A stretch of 64,000 nt of DNA, taken from the sequence record MK327944.1. The stretch is one strand, 5' to 3'. Origin of the DNA: Escherichia phage vB_EcoM_G2540-3. Both the position numbers and the translations under genes were made by a program. The notes beneath the pieces were generated by a model. It did not search any database and was not told the origin of the DNA. It saw only the letters and a list, made by a program, of their open reading frames with translations. This document shows, in pieces, positions 41,361-51,056 of this stretch (the first letter of the stretch is position 1; every line of letters starts with the position of its first letter).

Positions 41361-42364
41361 TAACTTACCAATTCAATCCAAGCCGGACGAAGTACATCTT
41401 GTACCATTTTAACTAATTCCTTTTTAACCAAAGAAGGATTATCTGCTTGAGTTAGAGTAATACCTTCACGAGAAGTTTCTTCCAAAATATCTTGAACAGT
41501 TAGTCCCATCACCTTTCCAAAATCCTTTGGACCAATTTCGCCAATTTTAGAAATAACGTTATTTACTCGGTTCAGTGTAACGTAACAAGCTAAAATTCCC
41601 ACCAATTTGTTATCAGCTTCTGACAGTTCAACTTTAGCTTTAATAGGTTTATCAGACTTTTTCTTTTCGCTAAATTTAGAGTTCTTGCATTTAATCGCTA
41701 CGCGATTGCCATTAGGCATCCAAGAAGGATAACAAGGTTTCAATACATATCCTTCAGCAGTAAATACTTCGCCTTTTGCTTCGGCATTCCAGACGCATTT
41801 ATTTGCATCAACTAATCCAGCATGGTCTACTGTAAAATTATAATCTTGGACGACAGAATCTAAATCATTTGGCAATTTAATAAGCTCTTCAAATTTACCG
41901 CGACCCAAAAGTGGAGCCATTTTAAATTTAAATGTATTACAGAATGATTCCATCATATAATCATCGACATAAGTCACATCACCACTTTCGGTAGTAACAA
42001 TAATGTCAAATACATAAAAATCTTTATCACCATAATCGACATTCTTCTGAATGCCAGGTCCAGCGAATTCGCCAAAGACTTGATAAAATACAACTGCCGA
42101 AGTTTCCATAATATCTTGTACTGCTTTAATGGAATCAGCGTAATTCTTTAGAATAATTTCATACCCAAAGAAATCTTCAGCAGGAAGAATCGGTCCAGTA
42201 CGTTTAGCACAAGTTGCTTTATCACGCTCAATAATCAATGAAAAGTTTGTACCGTGAATCTTTTCACGAGCTACCCATTCGCCACCAGTCAATCCTAAAC
42301 TGTAAAGTTTTTCAATGAATTTAGAATTGTAATGATTTTCAAGACTGCTATACTTTTTAAACAT
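41360..42364 (-). CDS. rnlB: RNA ligase 2
   Basis: 334 aa; nucleotidyltransferase motif I KIHGTN. Confidence 0.85.
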   Translation of the reverse strand: MFKKYSSLENHYNSKFIEKLYSLGLTGGEWVAREKIHGTNFSLIIERDKATCAKRTGPILPAEDFFGYEIILKNYADSIKAVQDIMETSAVVFYQVFGEFAGPGIQKNVDYGDKDFYVFDIIVTTESGDVTYVDDYMMESFCNTFKFKMAPLLGRGKFEELIKLPNDLDSVVQDYNFTVDHAGLVDANKCVWNAEAKGEVFTAEGYVLKPCYPSWMPNGNRVAIKCKNSKFSEKKKSDKPIKAKVELSEADNKLVGILACYVTLNRVNNVISKIGEIGPKDFGKVMGLTVQDILEETSREGITLTQADNPSLVKKELVKMVQDVLRPAWIELVS

Positions 42365-42373
42365 AATTAATCC

Positions 42374-42652
42374 TCAGAATGTAATTTCTAACCAATCACC
42401 ATCACGCTGATCACTATTGACTTTAAAGCTAAATCCTTCTTTTCTCAGCCAATTACCAATTTCTTCAGTAATCAATTTATCACGAGCAGTACAATAATAA
42501 CTAAAATATGTTTTACCTTGTTCAGCTGCTTTATTAGCAAGTTCCGAAAAATCTTTAATAAAACACTCTAGCTTAAACTGTTTGCTTTTAAGTGCTTTTT
42601 CGCGTAATTGATTAGCAAAAGATTCATTTTCATAAAGATCATACTGTTCCAT
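42374..42652 (-). CDS. hypothetical protein (24.2-like)
   Basis: 92-aa ORF adjacent to rnlB. Confidence 0.6.
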   Translation of the reverse strand: MEQYDLYENESFANQLREKALKSKQFKLECFIKDFSELANKAAEQGKTYFSYYCTARDKLITEEIGNWLRKEGFSFKVNSDQRDGDWLEITF

Positions 42653-42854
42653 TTTTCACCTTTTTATTAATATGTCTTTTTCTATAGACAACTTTTTCTC
42701 GAGTCTCAAATTTATTCTTAGCAGTCATAGCTCGAGCCCATAATACAGCCACTTCTTTCGCCTGTAAGTTCAATTCACGAGCAATTTCAATGAATGACTT
42801 TCCAGACTCATGGAGTGTAAACACCACAACCTCAGTTCTCATAATCAATCTCAT
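42639..42854 (-). CDS. small putative helix-turn-helix protein (24.3-like)
   Basis: 71 aa; SFIEIARELNLQAKEVAVLWARA resembles an HTH. Confidence 0.55.
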   Translation of the reverse strand: MRLIMRTEVVVFTLHESGKSFIEIARELNLQAKEVAVLWARAMTAKNKFETREKVVYRKRHINKKVKNGTV

Positions 42855-42921
42855 GTTATCGAGTTGATGCCATTATATACATCGTTTTCTGATTGTGTTT
42901 TGTGTGCTTTCAAAATGAAGA

Positions 42922-42940
42922 AAGGGGCCGAAGCCCCTGA
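42922..42940 (-). terminator. hairpin (UUCG loop on the minus transcript) after hoc
   Basis: Minus-strand GGGGCTTCGGCCCC followed by a T-rich tract. Confidence 0.5.
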
Positions 42941-42942
42941 GA

Positions 42943-44361
42943 TTATGGATAGGTATAAATGATACCAGTTTCTAAAGCAGTTTTATGAATGATGTATCCA
43001 TTGCGCGATTCTTGAACATCAACTTCTGGATAGTCTTTCATCATCTTCTGAAGAGTGTAACGATGCAGGTAGTATTTACTATCTGGATCTTCAGTTTTCC
43101 AATCTTTACCTTCTTCAGTCATTTTTTGGATTTCATCCATAACCCACCAACCGCACCAGATATAAGCTGAGCTACGATGTGGAAGAGGATGAACATAAGG
43201 TAATTCACCTTCTGGTTCCGGAGCAACTTTATCAGTCACTTGAACTTGACCTGTGGCTTTAACTGTTTTACTATCATAGTCAGTTGCTGTAACGACAGCA
43301 GTAACTTCAATAGTTTGACTTCCAATAGATGAGGTATCAACAGTATATACGTTAGTTGACCCTTCCACAGGAGAAGAATCTTTCTTCCATGAGTAAGTAA
43401 TTTGTGCTGCTTCAGGTGCGCCATTAACATTAGCAGTAAATGTAGCCGAAGCATCTTGCTGAACATTAATAGAAGGAGGAGTCAATGTAACCTGTGGATT
43501 CATTGTCTTCTTATTAACTGTCAATGATACTTCATTGGAAGTAACTTCCTTTTCATTATAATTTTCTGCAGTTACTTGGGCTACGCATTTAATTCTTTTT
43601 ACTCCACTTGTAGTTGGAGTATAGTTAAATGTAGAGTTAGTTTCTCCACCAACTTGTGAATCATCTACATACCACTGATACGTAGCAGACGCTCCGTCAG
43701 GTTGAGAAGCTAATGCAGCAGTAAATTGAACCGGGGTTCCAATTACTCCAGCAGCAGGACTAGCAGGAGTTACTGCCAAGGTAGTTGTCTGTGTCTTTTT
43801 ATTAACTGTCAATGATACTTCATTGGAAGTAACGCTCAGTGCATCATAATCTGTCGCAGTTACTTGAGCTACACACTTAATTTTTTTAACTCCGCTTGTA
43901 GTAGGAGTATAATTGAATGTAGCAGAAGTTGCTTCGCTCACAGGAGAACCGTCAACGTACCATTGATACGTAGCAGATGCGCCCGATGGCTGTGAAGCTA
44001 AGGCAGCAGTAAATTCAACGGCTGTTCCGATTACTCCTTCTGGAGGACTATTAGGAGTTACAGCTAAAGTAGTTGTCTGTGTTTTATTTTGAACTGTAAT
44101 AGTTGTACTAATTTCAGCTGTTTCAGCTTCAGAATCAGGAATAGTATTTGTTGCAACTACCTTAATAGTCTTTTGACCAGCAGGTCCTTTTAATACATAA
44201 TCAAAAGTTGCTGCTGATCCTTCTTGGGGAGCATTATCTACGCTCCAAGCATAGGTAATAGTTCCACCTCCAGTTTCACCACTGGGTGTAGCAGTAAACT
44301 GCTTGGTTTCATCAATAACCCCTGTTGGTGTTTTAGGAGTTATATCAACTGTAAAAGCCAT
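42943..44361 (-). CDS. hoc: highly immunogenic outer capsid protein Hoc with four Ig-like domains (one duplicated)
   Basis: 472 aa; N-terminus MAFTVDITPKTPTGVIDETKQF; two consecutive 96-aa Ig-like units about 88% identical; conserved C-terminal capsid-binding region. Confidence 0.85.
   Translation of the reverse strand: MAFTVDITPKTPTGVIDETKQFTATPSGETGGGTITYAWSVDNAPQEGSAATFDYVLKGPAGQKTIKVVATNTIPDSEAETAEISTTITVQNKTQTTTLAVTPNSPPEGVIGTAVEFTAALASQPSGASATYQWYVDGSPVSEATSATFNYTPTTSGVKKIKCVAQVTATDYDALSVTSNEVSLTVNKKTQTTTLAVTPASPAAGVIGTPVQFTAALASQPDGASATYQWYVDDSQVGGETNSTFNYTPTTSGVKRIKCVAQVTAENYNEKEVTSNEVSLTVNKKTMNPQVTLTPPSINVQQDASATFTANVNGAPEAAQITYSWKKDSSPVEGSTNVYTVDTSSIGSQTIEVTAVVTATDYDSKTVKATGQVQVTDKVAPEPEGELPYVHPLPHRSSAYIWCGWWVMDEIQKMTEEGKDWKTEDPDSKYYLHRYTLQKMMKDYPEVDVQESRNGYIIHKTALETGIIYTYP
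43501..43788 (-). repeat. hoc Ig-like domain unit, copy B (288 bp)
   Basis: DNA period of 288 bp (e.g. ttattaactgtcaatgatacttcattggaagtaac at 43511 and 43799); in-frame. Confidence 0.8.
43789..44076 (-). repeat. hoc Ig-like domain unit, copy A (288 bp)
   Basis: Tandem partner of 43501-43788. Confidence 0.8.
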
Positions 44362-44370
44362 AAGTTATCC

Positions 44371-45051
44371 TTATTTTAATGTTACGAAAGAAGAATTGCG
44401 TGTTTCACGAATTAGAACTGATCCGTCACGATTAATGTAGTAAATTAAGCTAAATAAGGTTTGGTGTGCCGACGCGTGTTCAAAACTAGTTGGGTGAGAT
44501 TTCCAATCCGGAGTTTCAGCAATCCACTGGTAAATCCACCAAGGAACCGTGCAAAATCCTGGATTTTTTCCAATCAACTGAAGATTCGGGCTAAAGTTTT
44601 CTGGAAGAGTGAATACAGACGGCTTTTCAGATTCAATAATCTCAGCTACAGCCTGTTCGAATTTTTCTTCAACAAAAGGAGTATCTTCAATCAAAACATC
44701 GATATTTTCAGGAATTTTATCCGTTTCTACTACTTCAATTTTAATGTCAGATTTAACCGGAGAATCAATCAGAAGTGCTGCTTCTGGATTGACTTCTTCA
44801 TCGTCATATTTTAACCCCTCTGCGGCATCAGCAGCATTTATTAAGTCTTTAATAGATAACCCATCAGTCTCTGGCATAGGTTCACTAGCGAGCTTCTGGA
44901 GGGCTTCTTCAATATCAATAACGATATTATCAAAAGATTTATTCTTTTTGACCTTTATACCAAACTGTTCAGCATATTCAGCTAATTTAGCCTTAGCTTC
45001 TTTATTATCATCAAGAGCCTTCAGCTCTGCAATATAATCTTTATCTATCAT
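44371..45051 (-). CDS. inh: inhibitor of prohead protease
   Basis: 226-aa acidic protein between hoc and segE. Confidence 0.7.
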   Translation of the reverse strand: MIDKDYIAELKALDDNKEAKAKLAEYAEQFGIKVKKNKSFDNIVIDIEEALQKLASEPMPETDGLSIKDLINAADAAEGLKYDDEEVNPEAALLIDSPVKSDIKIEVVETDKIPENIDVLIEDTPFVEEKFEQAVAEIIESEKPSVFTLPENFSPNLQLIGKNPGFCTVPWWIYQWIAETPDWKSHPTSFEHASAHQTLFSLIYYINRDGSVLIRETRNSSFVTLK

Positions 45052-45064
45052 AATATTTCCTCAG

Positions 45065-45072
45065 TATAAATA
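45065..45072 (+). promoter_or_regulatory. late promoter TATAAATA upstream of segE
   Basis: Exact motif 29 bp before segE ATG. Confidence 0.5.
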
Positions 45073-45100
45073 TAGATATATTTATTACTCGGAAAATAGT

Positions 45101-45718
45101 ATGTACCACTTTGTATATGAAACAACAAATCTAATAAATGGTAAAAAGTATATAGGAAAACACTCTACTGATGACTTGAATGATGGTTACCTTGGTTCCG
45201 GTAAGGCAATTCAGCAGGCTATAAAGAAATATGGTGAAAACAATTTCTCTAGAACAATACTAAAAGAGTTTAAAACTTCCGAAGAAGCGTACATGTATGA
45301 AGAAGAAATTATAACTCCTGAAATAATAAAAAGCAAAAATTATTATAATATGAAACCTGGCGGAATTGGTGGAATTGTTATGACTACAGAGGTTATAGCA
45401 AAGATGAAAGAATCTTCCGCTAAGAGATTTGAAAACTCACCGGGCACGGTATTAGGTACAACTTGTTACACTAATGGAACTAAAAATATTTTTATTAAGC
45501 CTGGAGAACTTGTTCCAGAAGGATTTGTAAAAGGGATGGTTCATCCTAATAGAAAGTCCAGAAAAGGATGTAAAGTCAAACCGACTACCACAGGAACTTT
45601 TTGGGTCAATAATGGTGCAATAAATAAATTAATACAACCAGACGGTATTATTCCCGACGGATTTATTAAAGGTCGTCTCATGAAAAGAGATTCTAAAGGC
45701 AAATTTAGTAAGGCATAA
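45101..45718 (+). CDS. segE: GIY-YIG homing endonuclease
   Basis: MYHFVYETTNLINGKKYIGKHS...GYLGSGK is a GIY-YIG motif; 205 aa, upstream of uvsW as T4 segE. Confidence 0.8.
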   Translation: MYHFVYETTNLINGKKYIGKHSTDDLNDGYLGSGKAIQQAIKKYGENNFSRTILKEFKTSEEAYMYEEEIITPEIIKSKNYYNMKPGGIGGIVMTTEVIAKMKESSAKRFENSPGTVLGTTCYTNGTKNIFIKPGELVPEGFVKGMVHPNRKSRKGCKVKPTTTGTFWVNNGAINKLIQPDGIIPDGFIKGRLMKRDSKGKFSKA

Positions 45719-45720
45719 TT

Positions 45721-47229
45721 ATGGATATTAAAGTACATTTTCACGACTTCAGTCATGTACGCATCGATTGTGAAGAGAGCACGTTCCACGAATTAAGAGA
45801 TTTCTTTTCGTTTGAGGCCGATGGATATAGATTTAACCCTCGCTTCAGATATGGCAACTGGGATGGACGAATCCGTCTTTTAGATTATAATCGTCTTCTT
45901 CCGTTTGGCTTAGTCGGGCAAATTAAAAAGTTCTGTGATAACTTTGGCTATAAAGCCTGGATTGACCCGCAAATTAACGAAAAAGAAGAATTATCAAGAA
46001 AAGATTTTGATGAATGGCTTTCTAAATTAGAAATCTATTCAGGAAATAAAAGAATTGAACCGCACTGGTATCAAAAAGATGCAGTGTTCGAAGGATTAGT
46101 TAATCGTCGTAGAATTCTTAATCTTCCAACATCCGCAGGTAAATCTTTAATTCAAGCTTTGCTTGCACGTTATTATTTGGAAAATTATGAAGGTAAAATT
46201 CTTATCATTGTTCCAACAACTGCTCTGACAACTCAGATGGCTGATGACTTCGTCGACTATCGTTTATTCAGTCATGCAATGATAAAGAAAATTGGTGGCG
46301 GAGCATCAAAAGATGATAAATATAAAAATGATGCACCAGTCGTTGTTGGTACATGGCAAACTGTAGTTAAACAACCGAAAGAATGGTTCTCACAGTTTGG
46401 AATGATGATGAATGATGAATGTCATCTTGCTACAGGAAAAAGTATTTCATCTATCATATCAGGTTTAAATAACTGCATGTTCAAATTCGGTTTGTCTGGT
46501 TCATTACGTGATGGCAAAGCCAATATCATGCAGTATGTTGGAATGTTTGGTGAAATATTTAAGCCAGTAACGACTTCTAAATTAATGGAAGATGGACAAG
46601 TAACTGAGCTAAAAATTAATAGTATTTTTCTTCGCTATCCAGATGAGTTCACTACTAAATTAAAGGGAAAAACTTATCAAGAAGAAATAAAAATTATTAC
46701 TGGGCTCAGTAAAAGAAATAAATGGATCGCTAAATTAGCTATTAAGCTTGCGCAAAAAGATGAAAACGCTTTTGTCATGTTTAAACATGTATCACATGGT
46801 AAAGCTATTTTCGATTTAATTAAAAACGAATACGATAAAGTTTATTACGTATCAGGGGAAGTTGATACAGAAACCCGCAATATAATGAAAACCTTAGCTG
46901 AAAACGGTAAAGGAATAATTATAGTAGCTAGTTATGGTGTATTTTCTACTGGTATTTCAGTTAAAAATCTGCATCACGTTGTTTTAGCACACGGTGTTAA
47001 ATCAAAAATCATTGTATTACAAACAATCGGTCGTGTATTACGTAAGCATGGTTCTAAAACAATCGCAACAGTCTGGGACCTCATAGATGACGCGGGTGTA
47101 GTTTCTAAATCAAAAACATCTTCTAAAAAATACTCGCATTTAAACTATCTTTTAAAACATGGACTTGATCGTATTCAGCGTTATGCTGATGAAAAGTTTA
47201 ATTATGTGATGAAAGAGGTTAAACTTTGA
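45721..47229 (+). CDS. uvsW: DNA/RNA helicase UvsW
   Basis: 502 aa; Walker A-like PTSAGKSL and DExH-like MMNDECH. Confidence 0.85.
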   Translation: MDIKVHFHDFSHVRIDCEESTFHELRDFFSFEADGYRFNPRFRYGNWDGRIRLLDYNRLLPFGLVGQIKKFCDNFGYKAWIDPQINEKEELSRKDFDEWLSKLEIYSGNKRIEPHWYQKDAVFEGLVNRRRILNLPTSAGKSLIQALLARYYLENYEGKILIIVPTTALTTQMADDFVDYRLFSHAMIKKIGGGASKDDKYKNDAPVVVGTWQTVVKQPKEWFSQFGMMMNDECHLATGKSISSIISGLNNCMFKFGLSGSLRDGKANIMQYVGMFGEIFKPVTTSKLMEDGQVTELKINSIFLRYPDEFTTKLKGKTYQEEIKIITGLSKRNKWIAKLAIKLAQKDENAFVMFKHVSHGKAIFDLIKNEYDKVYYVSGEVDTETRNIMKTLAENGKGIIIVASYGVFSTGISVKNLHHVVLAHGVKSKIIVLQTIGRVLRKHGSKTIATVWDLIDDAGVVSKSKTSSKKYSHLNYLLKHGLDRIQRYADEKFNYVMKEVKL

Positions 47230-47918
47230 ATTATAAATTAATATATGATAATTTAATTAATAGAGCCCAAAATCGGGCTCGCCTTAATGGATACACTGAA
47301 ACACATCATATAATTCCTAGATGTATGGGTGGTACAAATGATAAGTGTAATTTAGTAGAACTAACGGCTGAAGAACATTTTATAGCCCATAAACTTTTAG
47401 CTAAAATTCATCCAAACCATTACGGTATAATTAAAGCTGTTATATGTATGGGGATGAATTCAAATACTCATGAAAGACACGTTAATAAATCTTACGCATG
47501 GGAACGTCGTAAAATGGCAGAACTTCAATCCGGCGAAGGTAATCCATTTTACGGAAAACACCATACGGAAGAACATAAACAATATATGTCAAAACTCATG
47601 AAAAGTCGTCCAATTACATGGGGAAATAAAATTAGTAAAACTAAAAGAATGAACCCAACGAAATGGACTGAAGAAGCTAAAAGATTACATTCAATCAATC
47701 AATCGGGTAAAAATAACGGCATGTATGGAAGGAAACATTCCGCTAAATCTATTCAGAAAATTAAAGATAACATGCCAGATAATTCAGGAGCTAATAACCC
47801 AGCTGCTAAACCTATAGAAGTAAATGGTGTTAAGTATAAATGTATGAAAGATGCTTCTAAAGCTACTGGATTATCAATGTACAAACTAAGAATACTTAGA
47901 AAAACAGTTAATTTATAA
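47226..47918 (+). CDS. free-standing HNH homing endonuclease (paralog of the gene 13/14 insert)
   Basis: HHIIPRCMGG...NLVELTAEEHFIAH; N-terminus MNYKLIY parallels MNYTKIY of 26546..27358; TTG start overlaps uvsW stop. Confidence 0.7.
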   Translation: MNYKLIYDNLINRAQNRARLNGYTETHHIIPRCMGGTNDKCNLVELTAEEHFIAHKLLAKIHPNHYGIIKAVICMGMNSNTHERHVNKSYAWERRKMAELQSGEGNPFYGKHHTEEHKQYMSKLMKSRPITWGNKISKTKRMNPTKWTEEAKRLHSINQSGKNNGMYGRKHSAKSIQKIKDNMPDNSGANNPAAKPIEVNGVKYKCMKDASKATGLSMYKLRILRKTVNL

Positions 47919-47931
47919 GGGCTTCGGCCCT
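47918..47931 (+). other. RNA hairpin (UUCG loop) at the 3-prime end of the HNH gene
   Basis: AGGGCTTCGGCCCT spanning the stop codon, just before the next ATG. Confidence 0.45.
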
Positions 47932-48174
47932 TTGGAGAAAAAGATGTTACTAAAATTTAAACAATTTCTTTATGAAGCTTCTATTGATGAATTTATGGGT
48001 AAAATTGCCTCTTGTCAAACATTAGAAGGTTTAGAAGAACTTGAAGCTTATTATAAGAAAAGAGTCAAAGAAACTGAATTAAAAGATACTGATGACATCT
48101 CTGTGAGAGATGCTTTGGCAGGAAAAAGAGCTGAATTAGAAGATTCAGACGATGAAGTAGAAGAAAGCTTTTAA
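47932..48174 (+). CDS. small acidic protein, UvsW.1-like
   Basis: 80-aa ORF after the uvsW region. Confidence 0.55.
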   Translation: MEKKMLLKFKQFLYEASIDEFMGKIASCQTLEGLEELEAYYKKRVKETELKDTDDISVRDALAGKRAELEDSDDEVEESF

Positions 48175-48229
48175 ATTAAAAAAGGCCCAACCAAAAAGGA
48201 AGGGCCAAAACTATAGACTAAAGGTCACA

Positions 48230-48397
48230 CTATAGCAAAAGTTGTGTTTCATTTAATTGTTCTTCCGAACTTTCTGAAACTGGTAGTTCTTTAATGTAAT
48301 TATAGCAAGGCCCAGGATGTACAGGACCTTTGTCTGTTTCAACAACCAATGCAGAATCAATTGGAGTTTTACAGACAACACAAATCTTATCTGACAT
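48230..48397 (-). CDS. small Cys-containing protein (55 aa), uvsY.-2-like position
   Basis: Not in the ORF track; AGGAG RBS; MSDKICVVCKTPIDSALVVETDKGPVHPGPCYNY; TATAAATA upstream. Confidence 0.4.
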   Translation of the reverse strand: MSDKICVVCKTPIDSALVVETDKGPVHPGPCYNYIKELPVSESSEEQLNETQLLL

Positions 48398-48422
48398 GAT
48401 TGTCTCCTCTGAATTATATATC

Positions 48423-48430
48423 TATTTATA
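48423..48430 (-). promoter_or_regulatory. late promoter TATAAATA (minus strand)
   Basis: Plus-strand tatttata 26 bp upstream of the 48397 start. Confidence 0.5.
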
Positions 48431-48520
48431 ACCCCATCTTAAAACGCATTTCTTGTACACGCTTTAAACATGCTTCCATTTTTGCTAAAAGTCTAAATAC
48501 TTCTTTATAATTTGTCATAT

Positions 48521-48748
48521 TTACCCCATATCTCTCATATGCATATTAATGCCCATATCTTTAGAATAAAAATATTCATCAAGATATCCGGCAAATTTTC
48601 CTTTAATATAAAGGACATCTTCACCACACGGGTGGTCGGCCAGGATACGAATATCCTGACGCTTGAGATTATACTTTTTCATTAAGAATTGAATTTCCGT
48701 TTCAAATTCTTCTTCATAATTAAAAGCATCATCAATGCTATATCTCAC
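48521..48748 (-). CDS. hypothetical protein (uvsY.-1-like)
   Basis: 75-aa ORF directly downstream of uvsY. Confidence 0.6.
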   Translation of the reverse strand: MRYSIDDAFNYEEEFETEIQFLMKKYNLKRQDIRILADHPCGEDVLYIKGKFAGYLDEYFYSKDMGINMHMRDMG

Positions 48749-49161
48749 TATTTTCCAGCCTCAAATGCCCGCATGTCTTGAATATGCTTAATAGCAAATC
48801 CGCGTGATTTAATAGCATCAAGAGCTCCGCTACAGAAATCTAATAAAATCCCCCAATACTGTAACGAGGTATCAACCTTTAAAACATCCTTATCAGCTGA
48901 TAGAACTGTCTTCATTTCTGATTTCTCGTAACGATCCATACTAAATTCATCACCATCTCCTCGTCCCGAGTAGTAGTCTAATTTAGCTTTAAGAGCAACT
49001 TTTTTCTGTGCTTCAATTCTAAGCATTTCCTTTTTAATACTTGAATGCTTATTAAGCCATTTACTATATAACATCACATTATTAGCTGCTTCATATTGTA
49101 ATTTAGTCGAATCTATAAACACATCTTTCTTCAATTCTTCTTGAAGATCTTCTAATTTCAT
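48748..49161 (-). CDS. uvsY: recombination mediator UvsY
   Basis: 137 aa, T4 UvsY size; N-terminus MKLEDLQEELKKD. Confidence 0.85.
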   Translation of the reverse strand: MKLEDLQEELKKDVFIDSTKLQYEAANNVMLYSKWLNKHSSIKKEMLRIEAQKKVALKAKLDYYSGRGDGDEFSMDRYEKSEMKTVLSADKDVLKVDTSLQYWGILLDFCSGALDAIKSRGFAIKHIQDMRAFEAGK

Positions 49162-49196
49162 ACTGTTCTCTATTCAATTGTTATTGGATGGACTTA

Positions 49197-49227
49197 GATT
49201 CATTATACCACGTTTATACGTGAAGCA
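49197..49227 (-). promoter_or_regulatory. candidate MotA-dependent middle promoter for uvsY
   Basis: Minus-strand TGCTTCA (plus 49221-49227) 13 bp upstream of TATAAT (plus 49202-49207). Confidence 0.4.
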
Positions 49228-49626
49228 TTATACTCTATTACTGGAAGCCAGTTGCAGTTTTATCTGCTCAATATCATCAGGGTTATCAATGACCGAAAAG
49301 CGTATTTCTACTATCAGAGTATAATCATCATAAACCGGTATTACATTAACTGCTAATTTATCAATACGTGGCTCATAGTTTCTTACTGCGCTTTCGATGT
49401 TACGCTCAACCGTATCAGCAGTAAGAGGAGTCATATTTTCAAAAAGCTGATCTGATAAATCACATCCAAATTCAGGGTCAAACGGTCTTGAACCTTTTCT
49501 GGTTGTAATAATTCCTAAAAGGCTATTTTTAATTGACCTTAATCCAAGAGATCTGGAAACGTCTTTGTCCCAGTCCATTTTCATTTCTGGGTCGATGTCA
49601 GAATAAAGCTTATTAATATTTGCCAT
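49228..49626 (-). CDS. 25: baseplate wedge protein gp25
   Basis: 132 aa, T4 gp25 size. Confidence 0.85.
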   Translation of the reverse strand: MANINKLYSDIDPEMKMDWDKDVSRSLGLRSIKNSLLGIITTRKGSRPFDPEFGCDLSDQLFENMTPLTADTVERNIESAVRNYEPRIDKLAVNVIPVYDDYTLIVEIRFSVIDNPDDIEQIKLQLASSNRV

Positions 49627-50252
49627 TATAGTAACTCAAAGAATTCTTTGAGTCCTCTTATTACATGAGCGTGAGTTTTTCCACACTCTGGACACTTAAT
49701 TGGAACAGCCAAATAAACAGTAGGCTTTAAAAGCATATCTTTTATAGCTACAATATCTGACTCTGTGATGATAGAGTATAAATCTTCCAGTTCTTTTTCA
49801 TTTAAGTCTTCAACTGGAATGCTTTCCCCGTTAGCATGAATCGTTTCTATGCATGATACTATCATGTGGGCTATATTTTTATCATCAAAAATTTTAGGGT
49901 ATCGGAATTTAATTTTAATGTCACCTAGTGTATACCAGAGGTCTTCTGGTGCATCTATTTGTGTATGTAATAGATTTATATGGGTTGGTATTTCAGTTCC
50001 ACAGGTGCACTTCCAGGAGTTTTCGTGATTAACTTCTCCAAGAGAATGCGCCCATAAATGAATCAGTAATAGTTCTGATTCTTGGCGGTTTAAATCTTTT
50101 GCATTTGTACAGTCTTTGATTAGCTTTTTAACAATCTCTTCTACTGAACCATTCTTTTTAGCAGTAATAAGTTCTAGATATTCTTTAAGCGTGAATGCGC
50201 GACAATTGATTATTTTAGAACCAACTCTCACATCAAATTTGTATTCATACAT
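49626..50252 (-). CDS. 26: baseplate hub protein gp26
   Basis: 208 aa, T4 gp26 size. Confidence 0.8.
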   Translation of the reverse strand: MYEYKFDVRVGSKIINCRAFTLKEYLELITAKKNGSVEEIVKKLIKDCTNAKDLNRQESELLLIHLWAHSLGEVNHENSWKCTCGTEIPTHINLLHTQIDAPEDLWYTLGDIKIKFRYPKIFDDKNIAHMIVSCIETIHANGESIPVEDLNEKELEDLYSIITESDIVAIKDMLLKPTVYLAVPIKCPECGKTHAHVIRGLKEFFELL

Positions 50253-50274
50253 ATTTTAGCTCCTTTATTTATCA

Positions 50275-50282
50275 TATTTATA
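50275..50282 (-). promoter_or_regulatory. late promoter TATAAATA for gene 26/25
   Basis: Plus-strand tatttata; overlaps the plus-strand gene 51 promoter. Confidence 0.55.
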
Positions 50283-50286
50283 AATA
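50279..50286 (+). promoter_or_regulatory. late promoter TATAAATA for gene 51
   Basis: Exact motif followed by AAGGAG RBS. Confidence 0.6.
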
Positions 50287-50303
50287 GAATAAAAGGAGCA
50301 TCT

Positions 50304-51056
50304 ATGGCAAACATTATTCGTTGTAAATTACCAGATGGTGTTCATCGTTTTAAACCATTTACGGTAGAAGATTATCGAGATTTTTTGTTAGTTCGAAACG
50401 ATATAGAGCATCGGTCACCACAAGAACAAAAAGAAATAATTACTGATTTAATTGATGATTATTTTGGAGACTATCCGAAGACTTGGCAACCATTTATATT
50501 TTTGCAGGTATTTGTAGGGTCAATAGGTAAAACTAAAGTACCAGTCACATTTGTATGTCCAAAATGTAAAAAAGAAAAGACAGTTCCATTTGAAATATAT
50601 CAAAAAGAATTAAAGGAACCTATTTTTGATGTAGCTAATGTTAAAATTAAATTAAAGTTTCCTTCTGAGTTTTATGAAAATAAAGCAAAGATGATTACTG
50701 AAAATATTCATTCTGTTCAAGTAGATGAAATGTGGTATGATTGGAAGGAAATTAGTGAATCGAGTCAAATAGAACTTGTTGACGCCATCGAGATAGAAAC
50801 ATTAGAAAAAATTCTCGATGCAATGAATCCTATTAATTTAACATTGCACATGTCGTGTTGTGATAAGTACATTAAAAAATACACTGATATAGTAGATGTG
50901 TTTAAGCTATTAGTTAATCCAGATGAGATATTTACTTTTTATCAAATTAATCACACGCTTGTAAAAAGTAATTATAGCTTAAATTCAATAATGAAAATGA
51001 TTCCTGCCGAGCGCGGATTCGTATTAAAACTGATTGAGAAGGATAAACATCAATGA
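50304..51056 (+). CDS. 51: baseplate hub assembly protein gp51
   Basis: 250 aa, T4 gp51 size. Confidence 0.8.
   Translation: MANIIRCKLPDGVHRFKPFTVEDYRDFLLVRNDIEHRSPQEQKEIITDLIDDYFGDYPKTWQPFIFLQVFVGSIGKTKVPVTFVCPKCKKEKTVPFEIYQKELKEPIFDVANVKIKLKFPSEFYENKAKMITENIHSVQVDEMWYDWKEISESSQIELVDAIEIETLEKILDAMNPINLTLHMSCCDKYIKKYTDIVDVFKLLVNPDEIFTFYQINHTLVKSNYSLNSIMKMIPAERGFVLKLIEKDKHQ

Noticed and set aside
44461-45037. Two plus-strand ORFs (117 and 142 aa) opposite inh
   Set aside because: Antisense to the inh reading frame; Ser/Phe-rich low-complexity composition.
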